64,000 nucleotides of DNA. Origin: a virus. The position numbers were made by a program, and so were the translations under genes. Under the pieces are notes generated by a model. That model made no database searches. It saw nothing but the letters and a program-made list of their open reading frames with translations, and was not told where the DNA came from. Location of the stretch: the IMG/VR virus record IMGVR_UViG_3300032116_000089, positions 26,428 to 90,427 of that record; one strand, given 5' to 3'. Each line of letters opens with the position of its first letter. The first letter of the stretch is position 1. Below, in pieces: positions 1 through 10,867 of this stretch.

Positions 1-147
1 ATTTCTGTATATTGACTCTTTTGTGAGCAATTTAGATACAGAAGATATTCTATTAGGCAGTCCGTGATTGATTGCGGCAGTTGCCAACAGTCTGGAATTT
101 CCAGATAGATATTCTCTATTATTAGTGCTACAGGATATAGAACTCAT
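1..147 (-). CDS. 5' part of a tail-associated protein downstream of the tape measure gene (runs off the window)
   Basis: ATG at 147 abuts the TMP stop; open frame MSSISCSTNNREYLSG... to the window edge. Confidence 0.55.
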   Translation of the reverse strand, partial: MSSISCSTNNREYLSGNSRLLATAAINHGLPNRISSVSKLLTKESIYRN

Positions 148-148
148 A

Positions 149-3100
149 TTATACTATTCCGCCATCTGTTCGTTTTAGTCTTCCGCCGTCTACAACCTTA
201 AACTGATTTTCAATAAGTCCAAATAGTTCCTGTTTTACTTGACCGGTAAGAGCCTTTAACAATCCGCCGTCATTTAAATTAATACTTACGCTAGTAGAAT
301 CTAACTTAATACTTATCTTTGTATCTCTGAGTGATTGAACATTTTCTGATAATACTCTATTGAAGTTTTCTAAAGCTGCAACAAAATTTGTCATTCCTTG
401 ACTTGGTGCTTCTGGGCTTGAACTTCCTTCTTGGCGATATCTTACCATTCCTCCTCTAGCCATCATGGCGGCACCACCATCACTATTAGATACACCAGCG
501 CCGCCGTTCATAGCTTGTAAAATTTGTAAATTATTACCACGCTGAACTGCACCCCTATTCACCACAAATTCACCGGGAGTCAACATGGCTGGTACGGTAT
601 CTGTGCCGCGAGGCACAAAAATACCTCTATTTGCGTATATTAAACCACCACGGGCTTTAGCGACAGCTGGCATATTTTCAGCCCTATTAGCTTTTTCGGC
701 TGCTTTGTTGCCTCTTTCTAAGACTTCGTTAAATTTTAATTGAGCGCTATTCACATTTATGGTGGCTGTTTGAACTTGCATTTCTGCCATTTCTGCTCCA
801 AGTTCTCCAGTTTCTCCGAGCATACCGCCCAATTCACGTAGTCTAGCTTTACTAGCTTCTTCTTCAGCCGTAGTACCGGCCATAACCTGTGCTGCTCTCA
901 TATCTGTTACGCCTCTGGCTGATAATGCAGCACTAGAAGCGGCCTCAGTTAATCCGCCAGCCCCAGCCAATCGTTGACCATATAAAGTTTGAACTCCAGC
1001 ATCTTGTTGACGTTTAATGTCTAGGGCGGCAGTTCCCAATGCTTCTGCTCCGTATTGATTCATTAATCTTTGATCACCACTAGCGATAGCGGCTGTAGCG
1101 CCAACTGCGGATTGCTGTTTAAAGAATGCTTCCACATCGCCCTTGACTAACGACTCCATAGAATCTTTTTCAAGTTTATTCTTTTCTTCTGTTATCTTTA
1201 GTTGTTCTTCCTCTAATTTAATTAGCCCCCTAATAGTATCAATTTGTGTTTTATATGCTTTTTGTAAATCTTTTTGTGTTTCATCAGCAGTAACTCCAGC
1301 GGTTCCAGCCATACCACCTTGAGATGTTCTTTGAGATTCAATTTGCGAAAACCTTCCGCGAATTTCTGCATTTCTGCGTCTTAATTCACCAGCATCACCA
1401 GTTCGCATAGATGTCAAGCCAAGCCTAGAAGCTTCTACGTTAGATTTAGCTAATAAATTTCCTCTCTTTTCTTGCATACTAACAGCTTGGCCGCCATACT
1501 TAGCTTGTATTTCTCTACCTTCCGACAGTAAATCTATCGCCTCTTGTTGTGCTGCTACAAGATTTCTTTCAGCATCAATTCGTTTCTTAGTAAACTCAGT
1601 AAGAACCTGTTCAGCTTTTGCTCTTTCTTGAGCAATTTTCTGAATAGGTTCAAACATTTTCTTTTGTTCTTCTGTCAACTTATCTCCAAAAGCGCTCAAG
1701 TCTCCAGCAATTATTTTATCTATATCAGAATCCTCTAAGTTCATATTCTTAACAACTTTTGTGAGGTTTTCTCTAGCTTCGTCAGATACTCCCGGCCCCA
1801 AACCGCTAGCAAGTTCTTCCGCCATTCTTTTCTTTATCTCATCAGAACTTAGATCTTTGAAATCAGCTTCTTTCATAGAATTTTTGACATTTTCAAATGC
1901 TTGATTGTAATTGGCTTGAGCTTGAGTAAATGCGGCTACATTTCCTTCAAACTTAGCAACCATTTGTGGAGATACTCCCATGCCTCGTAAATTATTAGCA
2001 ACATTTTGTGCGGCATCTCTTATCTCGTCTGGATTCATAGCTTGTGCAGCGCTACTAATAGATTCCTGTAAAAATTCAACATCGCTGACAAAAGTAGATC
2101 CACCAACTTCTAATCCAGCGGTAAATCTAGACATACTAGCAGAGAGTGCAGAAGCCGTTGCGTCAGCTGATCTAAGCCCTAAATTCATAGCTTGAAAAGA
2201 TTCTTTCGCACGTTTTACTTCTTTTTCAATATTCTTGATTTCTTCATTGACTTGATCCAACTGTTCTGCCATTTGTGCTGCTGCCGACCTAGCGGCTTCA
2301 GCACCCTTCTTATCGCCAGCAAGATCCAAATCTGATCCCAAGACCCTCAATTCAGATATTCTACTTTGAAGATCTCCGGTAGCTTCTTTTCTAATATCTT
2401 CTGTTTTGCCGCCTCTAACAATTCGCGATCTAATAGCAGCTTGTCTAGCTGGACTTTCTATATTAAATGCTTCTGCTTGCTGTTTTGCTGAAGAATTTAT
2501 TTGTTCAACATTTTCTTTACTAAGTCTTTCATTTCTTACAGATGAGCTTTCTCCTAATAAGCCTCCCAGTGTATAAACATCTCTTAGTGCGCCTTCTCCA
2601 CCAAGTAATCCTGCTATTTGACCTATTGGTCCAGCAAAAGATCCTTTAGCGGCAGAACCTAAACTGCCAGCTACAGAACCCCCAGACAACAACCCATTAT
2701 ATTGAGATCTATTTTTTAAATTTTCACGAACAAAGTCAGTTGTTCTTTTTTCTTGCTTTGACACTTCAGCGGTTTTGGATCTTATTCTGGACAATGCTTC
2801 TGATGCAGTTATACTTCCATTGCTAAAGTCATTCATAGCGGAAGTTGCTGTTTTTTGCGCTTGTTCTAGAGCCTTTTGAGTTTTTACTGCTCCAGCCTGT
2901 GCTGCGGCTAAAGCAACAGCACTGTCATATGTAGCACCACCAAACAGAGTTCCAATACCGGCTAAAAATCTGTCTCCAGCTTCACCAAATATACCAGATA
3001 TTGCACCTGTCACTAGAGTAGCTACACCAGCACCTAGTGCGGCACCTATGGCTGCACCAATTGGTCCACCAAGTATAAAACCTATGGCGGCACCGGCAGT

Positions 3101-6100
3101 TGCGCCACCGGCTCTTACAACATTTGCGCCTTCTAGTCCAGCTTTTTTACCGGCAATTTCTTCTGCTTTTGCGACATTTCCGCTGTCAATTGCCCCCTTT
3201 AGTTGATTATCGTAATCATATAAACTAGTTATCACAGAATTAAAAGCTTGAGTGGCAATATAAGCAGATCCTGCGATGGCAATAAGTGGACCAGCAAGTG
3301 CAGTTGCATTTTGAGTAAGAGCGCCAATTGAAGAACTAGCAGATCCTAATGAACTACCTAAAGAAGTTAAACCTTTGCCAAGCGTGGGAGATAAACTAGA
3401 TACAGAAGATCCCGCTCTCATTAAACCTCTACCGCCTTGAAGTGCAGCACTTCTTCCGAATTTACTTGCTCCTTTTATACCTTTCCCACCAAGAAAATCC
3501 ATCATACTTTGTGAATTTAATTTTACACCAAATGCCTCTAAGGCAAATCCTACCGCTGTAATAGTTGTGATTAACCCCAAGATGCTATGAGCCATTTTTA
3601 ATGCGCCAGATGAAGATTCATCAAGTGCTGGTAAAAATCCTTGAACTATACTAACGCCCATAGAAGCTACCATCATTTTATTACCAGCCGCAACACCCAT
3701 TGCGCTTTTTGCGGCAGAGTTTTGCGCTTTGGTATTAGCGTTAACAGATGCGGTATTGGTATTTACACCACCAACTTTGCTACCCATAGTTGCACCCATA
3801 GTAGCAAAACCACCACTTGGAGTAGCAGACGGTGATGTAGTTTGGATCGGCCTCCTTGGAGAAGGTGCGGCTGATGGTATGGATATAGGATTGCTAGCTT
3901 TAATGTCTCTTGAATTTTTAGCAAGAGCATTAACATATTGTTCTGCGGCACTTCGTATTTTATCTTGTGACGCTCCACTTTTCTGTAGTTGTTGTAAGTT
4001 ATAGAACATACTGTCTACTACATCTATATTGACCGCAACAGAGCGTCGATTTAGTTTGGCATTCTCATCTATGATTGCAGAAAAGCCGGGTAACACACTG
4101 TTTAAATAAACTAACTGTCTTTGATATTTTTGTGTAACGCTTTCACCACCAACGGCGCTTTTTGCTAATGAATTCAAACCTAGAGCAAGTTTTGTAAAAC
4201 CTCCAGCAGTAACTCTATCCAAAACTGATGCCATCTTCAGTGCAGCTACATCTAATTTTCTAGCACCTTCAAAAGACAATTTTTGTGCTGGAAGATCAAA
4301 AGCGGGTCTAGCGGGCTTGGCTCCGCTGCCAGATGTACCGGTAGCAAATCGCTGTACAATTCCGCCCTTGGCATATTTACCAACTTTATTCATACGGTTT
4401 AGATTACCGTAACCAATCCTCTGAGCGGATGAACGATTTACAACAAACTCACCGGGAGTTAATAGGGCTGGAACAGTATCTGTACCAACACCTCCACCAG
4501 TAGCATATCTGCGGCGTCTTATAGTTGCATCAACAATTTTCTTTTCTCTGCTTCTACCTTCATAATCTCCAATAGATTTTCCGGTTTTCTTTTTCACCGC
4601 TTCATCAATTCTATCTTGTCTTTCAAACTTTGCCGCCTCAACAGCATCAAGTAAGGGAGAACTTATTCTCTTTGGTAATAAATTCATTTTTTTGATTTCA
4701 GAATCCGACATGATAAAATCTCGCCATCCTGTTGATTGGCGTTGATCAAGCATATCTTTTAGTTTTTCTACTGTTATATTTCGTTGTTTTGCTGCCGCAA
4801 TAAGAGAATCTTCATCAAATGCCATACTTCGCTTGGGCAATTCATTGCCGACCCCACCACCATCGGCAAATTTTTGAATTATACCGCCAAAGTGTTTTCG
4901 TTGACCAGTTGTTCTTAAACTAACACCGCCCTTATAGCCATTAATAATATCATTAGCTAATTTTCTTTGTATATTACCACCAACTTCACCGTAACTACGC
5001 TTGGCTTCAGCTTTAATCAACTTATTTACTTGTGCTTGACTACCAAACAAAGTCCCAAGCTTGTCTTTATTTTGAGATATTGCAGATCTTGGGAAGTCAA
5101 AATTTGCTCTACCACCAGCGGCTGTTGCTCCCGTAAAAGCTGAGATCATCGCTTCAAATAAATAACCTTCTATAGTACTTCTGACTTGATTATCCGACTG
5201 AATTTTGCCAACTATGCCGGTCATCAATTTTTCATTTGTGTTTAATCCCGGCGGTAAATCAAGTAATCCTTGAGATACAACAGAATTGATAGTAGAATTT
5301 ACTCCAGTAGAAATACCATCTAAAAATCCCTTATGAGCAGCTGCTGCATATTTAGCATTATTTTCTAAATTTCTTTTTCCTTCTTCCATTCCGGGATAGA
5401 ATACTGGATAAGTAGCGGGATTTATAACAGCGTTAACACCGCCTTTGATTTCGTCTGGCGACAAACCGGCTTGAGAGGCAGAAATCTTAGCATATTTATT
5501 GCCAGCAGGAAGTGTGAATGGGAATGGTTGAGTTGCAGAATAACCTCCTTCAGATCCCTTTGGTGGAGTTAATACAAATGCGCCTATCTGCCCATCATTT
5601 ACATCAAACTGTATGTTACCAGCACCAGCGACATCTTTATTTACGCCATATTTTCCATCTCTTTTTTTTGTACTTTTTAGTTTTTGTGTGGCACCAACGA
5701 TAGCTCTACCGCCGTTAGCATAACGATTTTGGTTCATAGCCGCCAAAGTACCAGCACCCATTTTATTAACACTGCTCTTGCGTATTACGAATTCTCCGGG
5801 TTGTAACATCGCTGGAACAGTATCTCTATTACCACTGCCGGGAACTAATCCGCCTCTAGCAAAACCAAGAACTTTACCGCCCTTGTTGTAAGTTCTTCCA
5901 GATGTTGCGCCGCTCATTATACCACCAAAAAAACCTCCTAAACCTTTAGCAATTTTGAAAGCCGCAAGAGCGGCCAATAAAGGCAGTAGAGGTTTAATAG
6001 AATCAGCAATCTTGATTAAAGCCGATGCCAATGACAACGCAGTATTTGCCATTACTTGGAAAGTAGATGTTTCTGTTATACTACGAATTAGAGCAAGGAA

Positions 6101-7234
6101 TTCTTCTTTTACCTTCATAATTCTAATAGCAAGTGCCGCTTGTGCAGATGCGGCGTCATTAGTAAGAGAATCATTTGCTTTTGTTGCAACATTCAAAGCC
6201 TGTTGAGCAGTCGTAAATTGCTGTAAAAGTGGCAACACTTTGCCAATTTGACGAAAGCCACCAAGTTCTTCAGCGATGCTAATAAATGTGAGGTCGCCTT
6301 CTCCTAATCCAGCTAAAGCCTGACTTAATCGTTTTATGGCTTCATAGGGACCAACGAACTTACCATTCAAATCTACAAGTTCTACACCAAACTGTTTTAA
6401 GAATTCAATAGTTTTTGGTCGCTGAATACGTGTGAAGATAGTACGTAAACCAGTACCAATACTTTCTGCACTTTCTCGCGTTGTTGCTCTAACGCTAGTA
6501 AATAGTGCCAGTAGTTCATTTAAACTGCCGCCAGAAGCTTTAAACACGCCGCCAGTTCTACGAATAACGTCAATTAAGTCACTTGCTTCTACAGCGAAAG
6601 CGCCAGCAACAGCATTAATGGACCCTAACTGTGCTTCTAAAGCGCCTACACCTTGTTGAAATTGTGCTAAAATAGCAATAGCACCTTCTGCTGTTTCAGT
6701 AATACTATCAAAGTTAGGAGCAAGCGCAGCTTTTGCTAGAGTTCTTAAAGCTACGGCAGTATCTTCAGCAGTTAAACCGGCCTGTGCTAATACTGTAGAA
6801 ACTTCTAATAAATCTGAGGATGCAACGCCAAAACCGGTAGACAAACTAGTAATTTGTTTAGTAAGGCCACGAAGCTGACTAATGCTTTTACCAGTTACCT
6901 GAGATACTTTAATCAATTGACGTTCAAAGTCAATAGCATCTTGTACAGCATTTCCAAGAGTGTTAGTAAATAAACTAACTGCTCTGGTTGCTACAGAAAA
7001 AGCAGCAAACCGCCGAACAGAAAGGGAAAAAGCTTTTCCCATTCTTTCAGCGGCTGTTGTTGCTTGATTGGTAGATTGAGTTACTTGCTGTAATTGACGC
7101 TGTGCTTGTGCAGACCCCTGCACTTGTACATTAACATTAACCCCACTTAACTGGGATTGTATTTGTTGTACAACTTGCCTAACGTTATTTGGAGCTTGTA
7201 ATTGTAATTGTGCGGTCAGTACGAATCTTGACAT
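149..7234 (-). CDS. Tail tape measure protein (2361 aa) with inserted domains
   Basis: Very long Ala/Gly/Gln-rich helical protein; N-terminal TMP-type region (AIDFERQLIKVSQVTG, ESIGTGLRTIFTRIQ); hydrophobic Gly/Ala segments; follows tail tube and chaperone genes. Confidence 0.9.
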   Translation of the reverse strand: MSRFVLTAQLQLQAPNNVRQVVQQIQSQLSGVNVNVQVQGSAQAQRQLQQVTQSTNQATTAAERMGKAFSLSVRRFAAFSVATRAVSLFTNTLGNAVQDAIDFERQLIKVSQVTGKSISQLRGLTKQITSLSTGFGVASSDLLEVSTVLAQAGLTAEDTAVALRTLAKAALAPNFDSITETAEGAIAILAQFQQGVGALEAQLGSINAVAGAFAVEASDLIDVIRRTGGVFKASGGSLNELLALFTSVRATTRESAESIGTGLRTIFTRIQRPKTIEFLKQFGVELVDLNGKFVGPYEAIKRLSQALAGLGEGDLTFISIAEELGGFRQIGKVLPLLQQFTTAQQALNVATKANDSLTNDAASAQAALAIRIMKVKEEFLALIRSITETSTFQVMANTALSLASALIKIADSIKPLLPLLAALAAFKIAKGLGGFFGGIMSGATSGRTYNKGGKVLGFARGGLVPGSGNRDTVPAMLQPGEFVIRKSSVNKMGAGTLAAMNQNRYANGGRAIVGATQKLKSTKKRDGKYGVNKDVAGAGNIQFDVNDGQIGAFVLTPPKGSEGGYSATQPFPFTLPAGNKYAKISASQAGLSPDEIKGGVNAVINPATYPVFYPGMEEGKRNLENNAKYAAAAHKGFLDGISTGVNSTINSVVSQGLLDLPPGLNTNEKLMTGIVGKIQSDNQVRSTIEGYLFEAMISAFTGATAAGGRANFDFPRSAISQNKDKLGTLFGSQAQVNKLIKAEAKRSYGEVGGNIQRKLANDIINGYKGGVSLRTTGQRKHFGGIIQKFADGGGVGNELPKRSMAFDEDSLIAAAKQRNITVEKLKDMLDQRQSTGWRDFIMSDSEIKKMNLLPKRISSPLLDAVEAAKFERQDRIDEAVKKKTGKSIGDYEGRSREKKIVDATIRRRRYATGGGVGTDTVPALLTPGEFVVNRSSAQRIGYGNLNRMNKVGKYAKGGIVQRFATGTSGSGAKPARPAFDLPAQKLSFEGARKLDVAALKMASVLDRVTAGGFTKLALGLNSLAKSAVGGESVTQKYQRQLVYLNSVLPGFSAIIDENAKLNRRSVAVNIDVVDSMFYNLQQLQKSGASQDKIRSAAEQYVNALAKNSRDIKASNPISIPSAAPSPRRPIQTTSPSATPSGGFATMGATMGSKVGGVNTNTASVNANTKAQNSAAKSAMGVAAGNKMMVASMGVSIVQGFLPALDESSSGALKMAHSILGLITTITAVGFALEAFGVKLNSQSMMDFLGGKGIKGASKFGRSAALQGGRGLMRAGSSVSSLSPTLGKGLTSLGSSLGSASSSIGALTQNATALAGPLIAIAGSAYIATQAFNSVITSLYDYDNQLKGAIDSGNVAKAEEIAGKKAGLEGANVVRAGGATAGAAIGFILGGPIGAAIGAALGAGVATLVTGAISGIFGEAGDRFLAGIGTLFGGATYDSAVALAAAQAGAVKTQKALEQAQKTATSAMNDFSNGSITASEALSRIRSKTAEVSKQEKRTTDFVRENLKNRSQYNGLLSGGSVAGSLGSAAKGSFAGPIGQIAGLLGGEGALRDVYTLGGLLGESSSVRNERLSKENVEQINSSAKQQAEAFNIESPARQAAIRSRIVRGGKTEDIRKEATGDLQSRISELRVLGSDLDLAGDKKGAEAARSAAAQMAEQLDQVNEEIKNIEKEVKRAKESFQAMNLGLRSADATASALSASMSRFTAGLEVGGSTFVSDVEFLQESISSAAQAMNPDEIRDAAQNVANNLRGMGVSPQMVAKFEGNVAAFTQAQANYNQAFENVKNSMKEADFKDLSSDEIKKRMAEELASGLGPGVSDEARENLTKVVKNMNLEDSDIDKIIAGDLSAFGDKLTEEQKKMFEPIQKIAQERAKAEQVLTEFTKKRIDAERNLVAAQQEAIDLLSEGREIQAKYGGQAVSMQEKRGNLLAKSNVEASRLGLTSMRTGDAGELRRRNAEIRGRFSQIESQRTSQGGMAGTAGVTADETQKDLQKAYKTQIDTIRGLIKLEEEQLKITEEKNKLEKDSMESLVKGDVEAFFKQQSAVGATAAIASGDQRLMNQYGAEALGTAALDIKRQQDAGVQTLYGQRLAGAGGLTEAASSAALSARGVTDMRAAQVMAGTTAEEEASKARLRELGGMLGETGELGAEMAEMQVQTATINVNSAQLKFNEVLERGNKAAEKANRAENMPAVAKARGGLIYANRGIFVPRGTDTVPAMLTPGEFVVNRGAVQRGNNLQILQAMNGGAGVSNSDGGAAMMARGGMVRYRQEGSSSPEAPSQGMTNFVAALENFNRVLSENVQSLRDTKISIKLDSTSVSINLNDGGLLKALTGQVKQELFGLIENQFKVVDGGRLKRTDGGIV

Positions 7235-7266
7235 AATTCTCCTTTACTGATGCCACACAACCCTGT

Positions 7267-8154
7267 CTATTCACTTTCCGTTGCTATTGACTTCTTTTTT
7301 TTAGTTGGTTTTTCTGACTGCTCTGTATCGTCTGGCTTTATTTCTTTGTTGTCATCATCTAGATAAGTGACTTCTGGTATATAATTACCATTTTCGTCCA
7401 ACGGATTACCATCCTTATCTACCCTATTTCCTTGATCGTTTAGCCAGTATCCTTGCTTGTCTATTCTGCGACCATCTGTGTCTACAGTCTCACCCTTGTC
7501 GTTAACTAAGCTAAGATCCTCATTAACGAAATGGAACATTTTAAGGAATTTATTTTCTGGTAATTTGGCTTCGAAATCCTTATCAACAGAATACATCATT
7601 CCGGCTAATGTTGATGCCGCCATAAAAGCGATTTCATCATCTCCGCGCTCTTTATAGTCTTCTATATCATTATACACTTTCTGACCATTTTCGTAAAACG
7701 CAGAATTAGCAACTAGATAATCAAAACGAACATTATCTGATATGGACTCTGCGGTATTTTGCTCTAGACTCATTTTTTCAGCAATCAAGTCACGAAGTTC
7801 ATTTCGCTTAATTCTCATCTGTATAGCAATTCGTTTGCCCTCAGAAGCTTTTAGCTTTTTACCGCCGTTACCACTAACGTAAAGTTGTTTTTCTAAATCG
7901 GCAATTTCTTGAACAGTTTTCTTTTGTTCTTCGTCCTTACCTTCGTCCCAAATACCTTGCTGCTTCATGAACTTTTCAAGTTCTTTCTTAGTCATAATTC
8001 CATCCCTTACGCAATCTGTCCAAGCTTTTGCTCCAACTCTTTGGGCTTGAGAGATTAAATTACTACTGGGGCGTTTAACAGTTAGTTTAATTGTTTCTTC
8101 TTTTCCATTTCGTGTTCTTTTAACTTCTACTGATTTTTCCTTTTCCTGTGACAT
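7267..8154 (-). CDS. Putative tail assembly chaperone
   Basis: Directly upstream of TMP; charged; GGAGG RBS before ATG at 8154; C-terminal DxDG repeats. Confidence 0.55.
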   Translation of the reverse strand: MSQEKEKSVEVKRTRNGKEETIKLTVKRPSSNLISQAQRVGAKAWTDCVRDGIMTKKELEKFMKQQGIWDEGKDEEQKKTVQEIADLEKQLYVSGNGGKKLKASEGKRIAIQMRIKRNELRDLIAEKMSLEQNTAESISDNVRFDYLVANSAFYENGQKVYNDIEDYKERGDDEIAFMAASTLAGMMYSVDKDFEAKLPENKFLKMFHFVNEDLSLVNDKGETVDTDGRRIDKQGYWLNDQGNRVDKDGNPLDENGNYIPEVTYLDDDNKEIKPDDTEQSEKPTKKKKSIATESE

Positions 8155-8166
8155 ATTTTCCTCCAA

Positions 8167-8502
8167 TTATTTATTGTTAGGGGTAACTACGGGTATTTTG
8201 ATTTGATATCTTAACCATTCTATATCATATTGAGCTAATTCAGCATCAATATTACGAGCTTGATTATTTCCACGATCTAGTATTTCTGATCTCACTTTAT
8301 TGTATAAAGTCTTCATTAACTCTTGGTCTTTTGTAAGCTGTCCACCAGACTCGCTGTTCCATAAAAAACTAAAATTTTCTTCTATTGTACTTAATGCGCC
8401 TATCATAGTTGTCTGAATTTTCTTTTTAAGTATCTTGGACAATCTATCTTTTGATTCAGCTTTATATTTTGAATCTCTTATTTTCTTATAATCTGGTTCC
8501 AT
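8167..8502 (-). CDS. Hypothetical protein (tail assembly region)
   Basis: Tightly packed ORF in the operon. Confidence 0.6.
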   Translation of the reverse strand: MEPDYKKIRDSKYKAESKDRLSKILKKKIQTTMIGALSTIEENFSFLWNSESGGQLTKDQELMKTLYNKVRSEILDRGNNQARNIDAELAQYDIEWLRYQIKIPVVTPNNK

Positions 8503-8503
8503 A

Positions 8504-9544
8504 TTATCCTCCTATTTTTCCTCTCATTTGATTAGTAGCCATCATCTGTATATTGCGTTTTTGATCTGGTAAATTTTGATCTTGTATTGTTCCATGTTTT
8601 TCAATAGCGGACTGTCTTTGTTTTTTAATCATTTTGCCCATTGGGTCATTCATATCATTAATTTTTGAAGCACGATCCTTATTAGAGACTATGAAAACTT
8701 CTGATGAATTTTTAATCTTTTCATTATTGGTTTCAGTGTCAAATTCTTTTTCTAATCTTTCTTTTTCACGTTTTTGATTTTGGATTATAAACCAACCGTC
8801 AAGCATATCATCGTCTTCTATAACTTCCTTTTCTGGACATTCTAATGACTCTTGTATATTATCATACATTTGTGACCAGACTAACAAATTTTTTTGATTA
8901 TATGTCAATTCAGTATTGGGGGGATTGCAAAATAGTGGGGAGTTTGAATTTTCTCTTACTACCCATAAAGATTTCCAAGGGTCATTGCGGGCTATGTCTC
9001 TAGACTTTTTTTCTGATAAAAAGTGTGACTGCCACTCATCTATGACATATTGCAATGATATATCTTCAAAATCATAGATCTTGTTTTCACGATATGTCGT
9101 ATTTTTGATTATCCACATGAGTCTTTCAGTGGATGCAATGCCCTCGCATGTATTTTGATGATACATGTATTTTTTGTTTAGATGAGAAGATAACTGTGAC
9201 TCACCTGCGCGAAGATATTTTCTTATACTATTGACCATATTTTTATCCCTACGAGCGTTGTAAATTTCTACTTTTAAACGCTCAATATCCTTTTTTAACC
9301 CTTCTTCTCTTTTATCGTCGTGAGGTGTCCATAGTTCATTTTCTAACATCCACTCATTAACATCTTCTTCGGTCATCATTTCTTCTGACAGGGCGTTATC
9401 ATAGGCTCGTTGATATATTTGACAAGATTTAAAAGATTGATCAATTGTGAGTGGGCGTACTTCTAGATCTATATCCTTATAATTTATGAATACTTTACCA
9501 GATCTTACCATAGAAACGAAAAACTCCCGCTCATGATGCTTCAT
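8504..9544 (-). CDS. Putative tail assembly chaperone-like protein
   Basis: Between tail tube and TMP; charged helical protein; C-terminal EDDDMLDGWF motif. Confidence 0.5.
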   Translation of the reverse strand: MKHHEREFFVSMVRSGKVFINYKDIDLEVRPLTIDQSFKSCQIYQRAYDNALSEEMMTEEDVNEWMLENELWTPHDDKREEGLKKDIERLKVEIYNARRDKNMVNSIRKYLRAGESQLSSHLNKKYMYHQNTCEGIASTERLMWIIKNTTYRENKIYDFEDISLQYVIDEWQSHFLSEKKSRDIARNDPWKSLWVVRENSNSPLFCNPPNTELTYNQKNLLVWSQMYDNIQESLECPEKEVIEDDDMLDGWFIIQNQKREKERLEKEFDTETNNEKIKNSSEVFIVSNKDRASKINDMNDPMGKMIKKQRQSAIEKHGTIQDQNLPDQKRNIQMMATNQMRGKIGG

Positions 9545-9615
9545 ACAGCTTTCTCATAAGCGGGAGTCTCATTTTTGTATCCTTAAAAATTCCTAATTAT
9601 TTAGCTATGAGGTAA

Positions 9616-10812
9616 TCAAGGAGTACCGTTATAAATTGGCTCATAGTCTGGATTGTCTTTACTAGCAATTAAATCTTGGGGATGTGTTACAGTTAAACTA
9701 TTATAGGTAGAATAACTATATGTGATAGTAGCATTGCCACCACCAGCATCACCACCAGTATAATTTACTGATGATAATCTACTCTTAGTACCTAAATCAA
9801 AAACAGTACCATCGTGTAGTCTTATAACGATTGTTTCTTCTGCTGTATTGTTGCCGTAGTTCTTTTCGCCAACGTCGAAGCCGTCTTTACTGGTATCGCC
9901 TTCTTCGTAAGCGTTGATAAAATCGCCACTGACAGCAATAACTTCAAACTCAGAAGTTACTTCTACGGGGAAATTTGCAAATCTATAGTATGGTGATTTT
10001 CTGCCAAGTTCTTGAATACTTTCTCTGTTTAAATCGCAGTTAATAGAGCAATTCTGTACGTGTACTCTATTTGTATTGTTAGAGCTATTGTAAGCATTAC
10101 CCGCCGTGGCTGACTGAGTTACACCAAAAATTGATAATGGTAATATAGAATTTTTAATATCTACATTTTCTCTACGCTGAACGCCACCGTAGAATGATCC
10201 AGTTTGTAAATTCTTTGGAGCATCCAAACCGTCGCCAGCAGTAGTAGAATCATCAAGTTGATTTGCTACTGAGGCTGAAAACTTTGTTGGAGTAATTGAC
10301 CAAGCTTTATGATTACCAACTAGTGTTAACGACTCTGTGCAATTGCCATCTACTGGGAGAGTAAAGCCAATACTACTAACATACATGCCGCTCATTTGTA
10401 CTTCGACTAGGGCGTTGGCGTCGGTGTCGCCAATATTTTCTACAGTCTCTGGGAAAATACCTAGATAAACATTTGTTCTCTGTTTTGAACGTGCCACAAG
10501 AGATAATTTAGCAGCGCTAGTCAAAGTTTCTTCATCAACTCCGCATGTAGCAACGTGATACATCAGAGGATAACCATCAAGAACCTTTTCTAAGGTTACT
10601 TCAATATCTGGTACGCCTTCGATATTTTCATAAATATGGATCTGACCTAATTCGAAAACTTGTTCTAGATTGAATGTTGTGTTTAGGCCAACGCTCTGAA
10701 CGCCATGAAGCACCTGCACGTTGTTACTGGTAACAGTTAGTGTGCCAGCATTATCATATAGTGGCTCAAGAGCAACGGCTTGGCAAGCGTAGAAAATTCT
10801 ATTGTTGGGCAT
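9616..10812 (-). CDS. Major tail (tube) protein
   Basis: Position before chaperones and TMP; beta-rich; two internally similar halves (EQVFELGQ / ESIQELGR); strong RBS. Confidence 0.7.
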   Translation of the reverse strand: MPNNRIFYACQAVALEPLYDNAGTLTVTSNNVQVLHGVQSVGLNTTFNLEQVFELGQIHIYENIEGVPDIEVTLEKVLDGYPLMYHVATCGVDEETLTSAAKLSLVARSKQRTNVYLGIFPETVENIGDTDANALVEVQMSGMYVSSIGFTLPVDGNCTESLTLVGNHKAWSITPTKFSASVANQLDDSTTAGDGLDAPKNLQTGSFYGGVQRRENVDIKNSILPLSIFGVTQSATAGNAYNSSNNTNRVHVQNCSINCDLNRESIQELGRKSPYYRFANFPVEVTSEFEVIAVSGDFINAYEEGDTSKDGFDVGEKNYGNNTAEETIVIRLHDGTVFDLGTKSRLSSVNYTGGDAGGGNATITYSYSTYNSLTVTHPQDLIASKDNPDYEPIYNGTP

Positions 10813-10850
10813 AATTCTCTCCTATTTTAAGATGGTAAGCTCTAGTTACT

Positions 10851-10857
10851 TATACAC
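10851..10857 (-). promoter_or_regulatory. Putative late promoter motif GTGTATA (also 16821, 24366, 27388, 37442, 48578; variant at 40963)
   Basis: Same heptamer 22-45 bp upstream of start codons in the few intergenic gaps of the virion module. Confidence 0.65.
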
Positions 10858-10867
10858 CAAAACTATA

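Noticed and set aside
7267-9544. Programmed -1 frameshift in tail chaperones
   Set aside because: Three separate ORFs with their own starts; no convincing slippery site identified by eye
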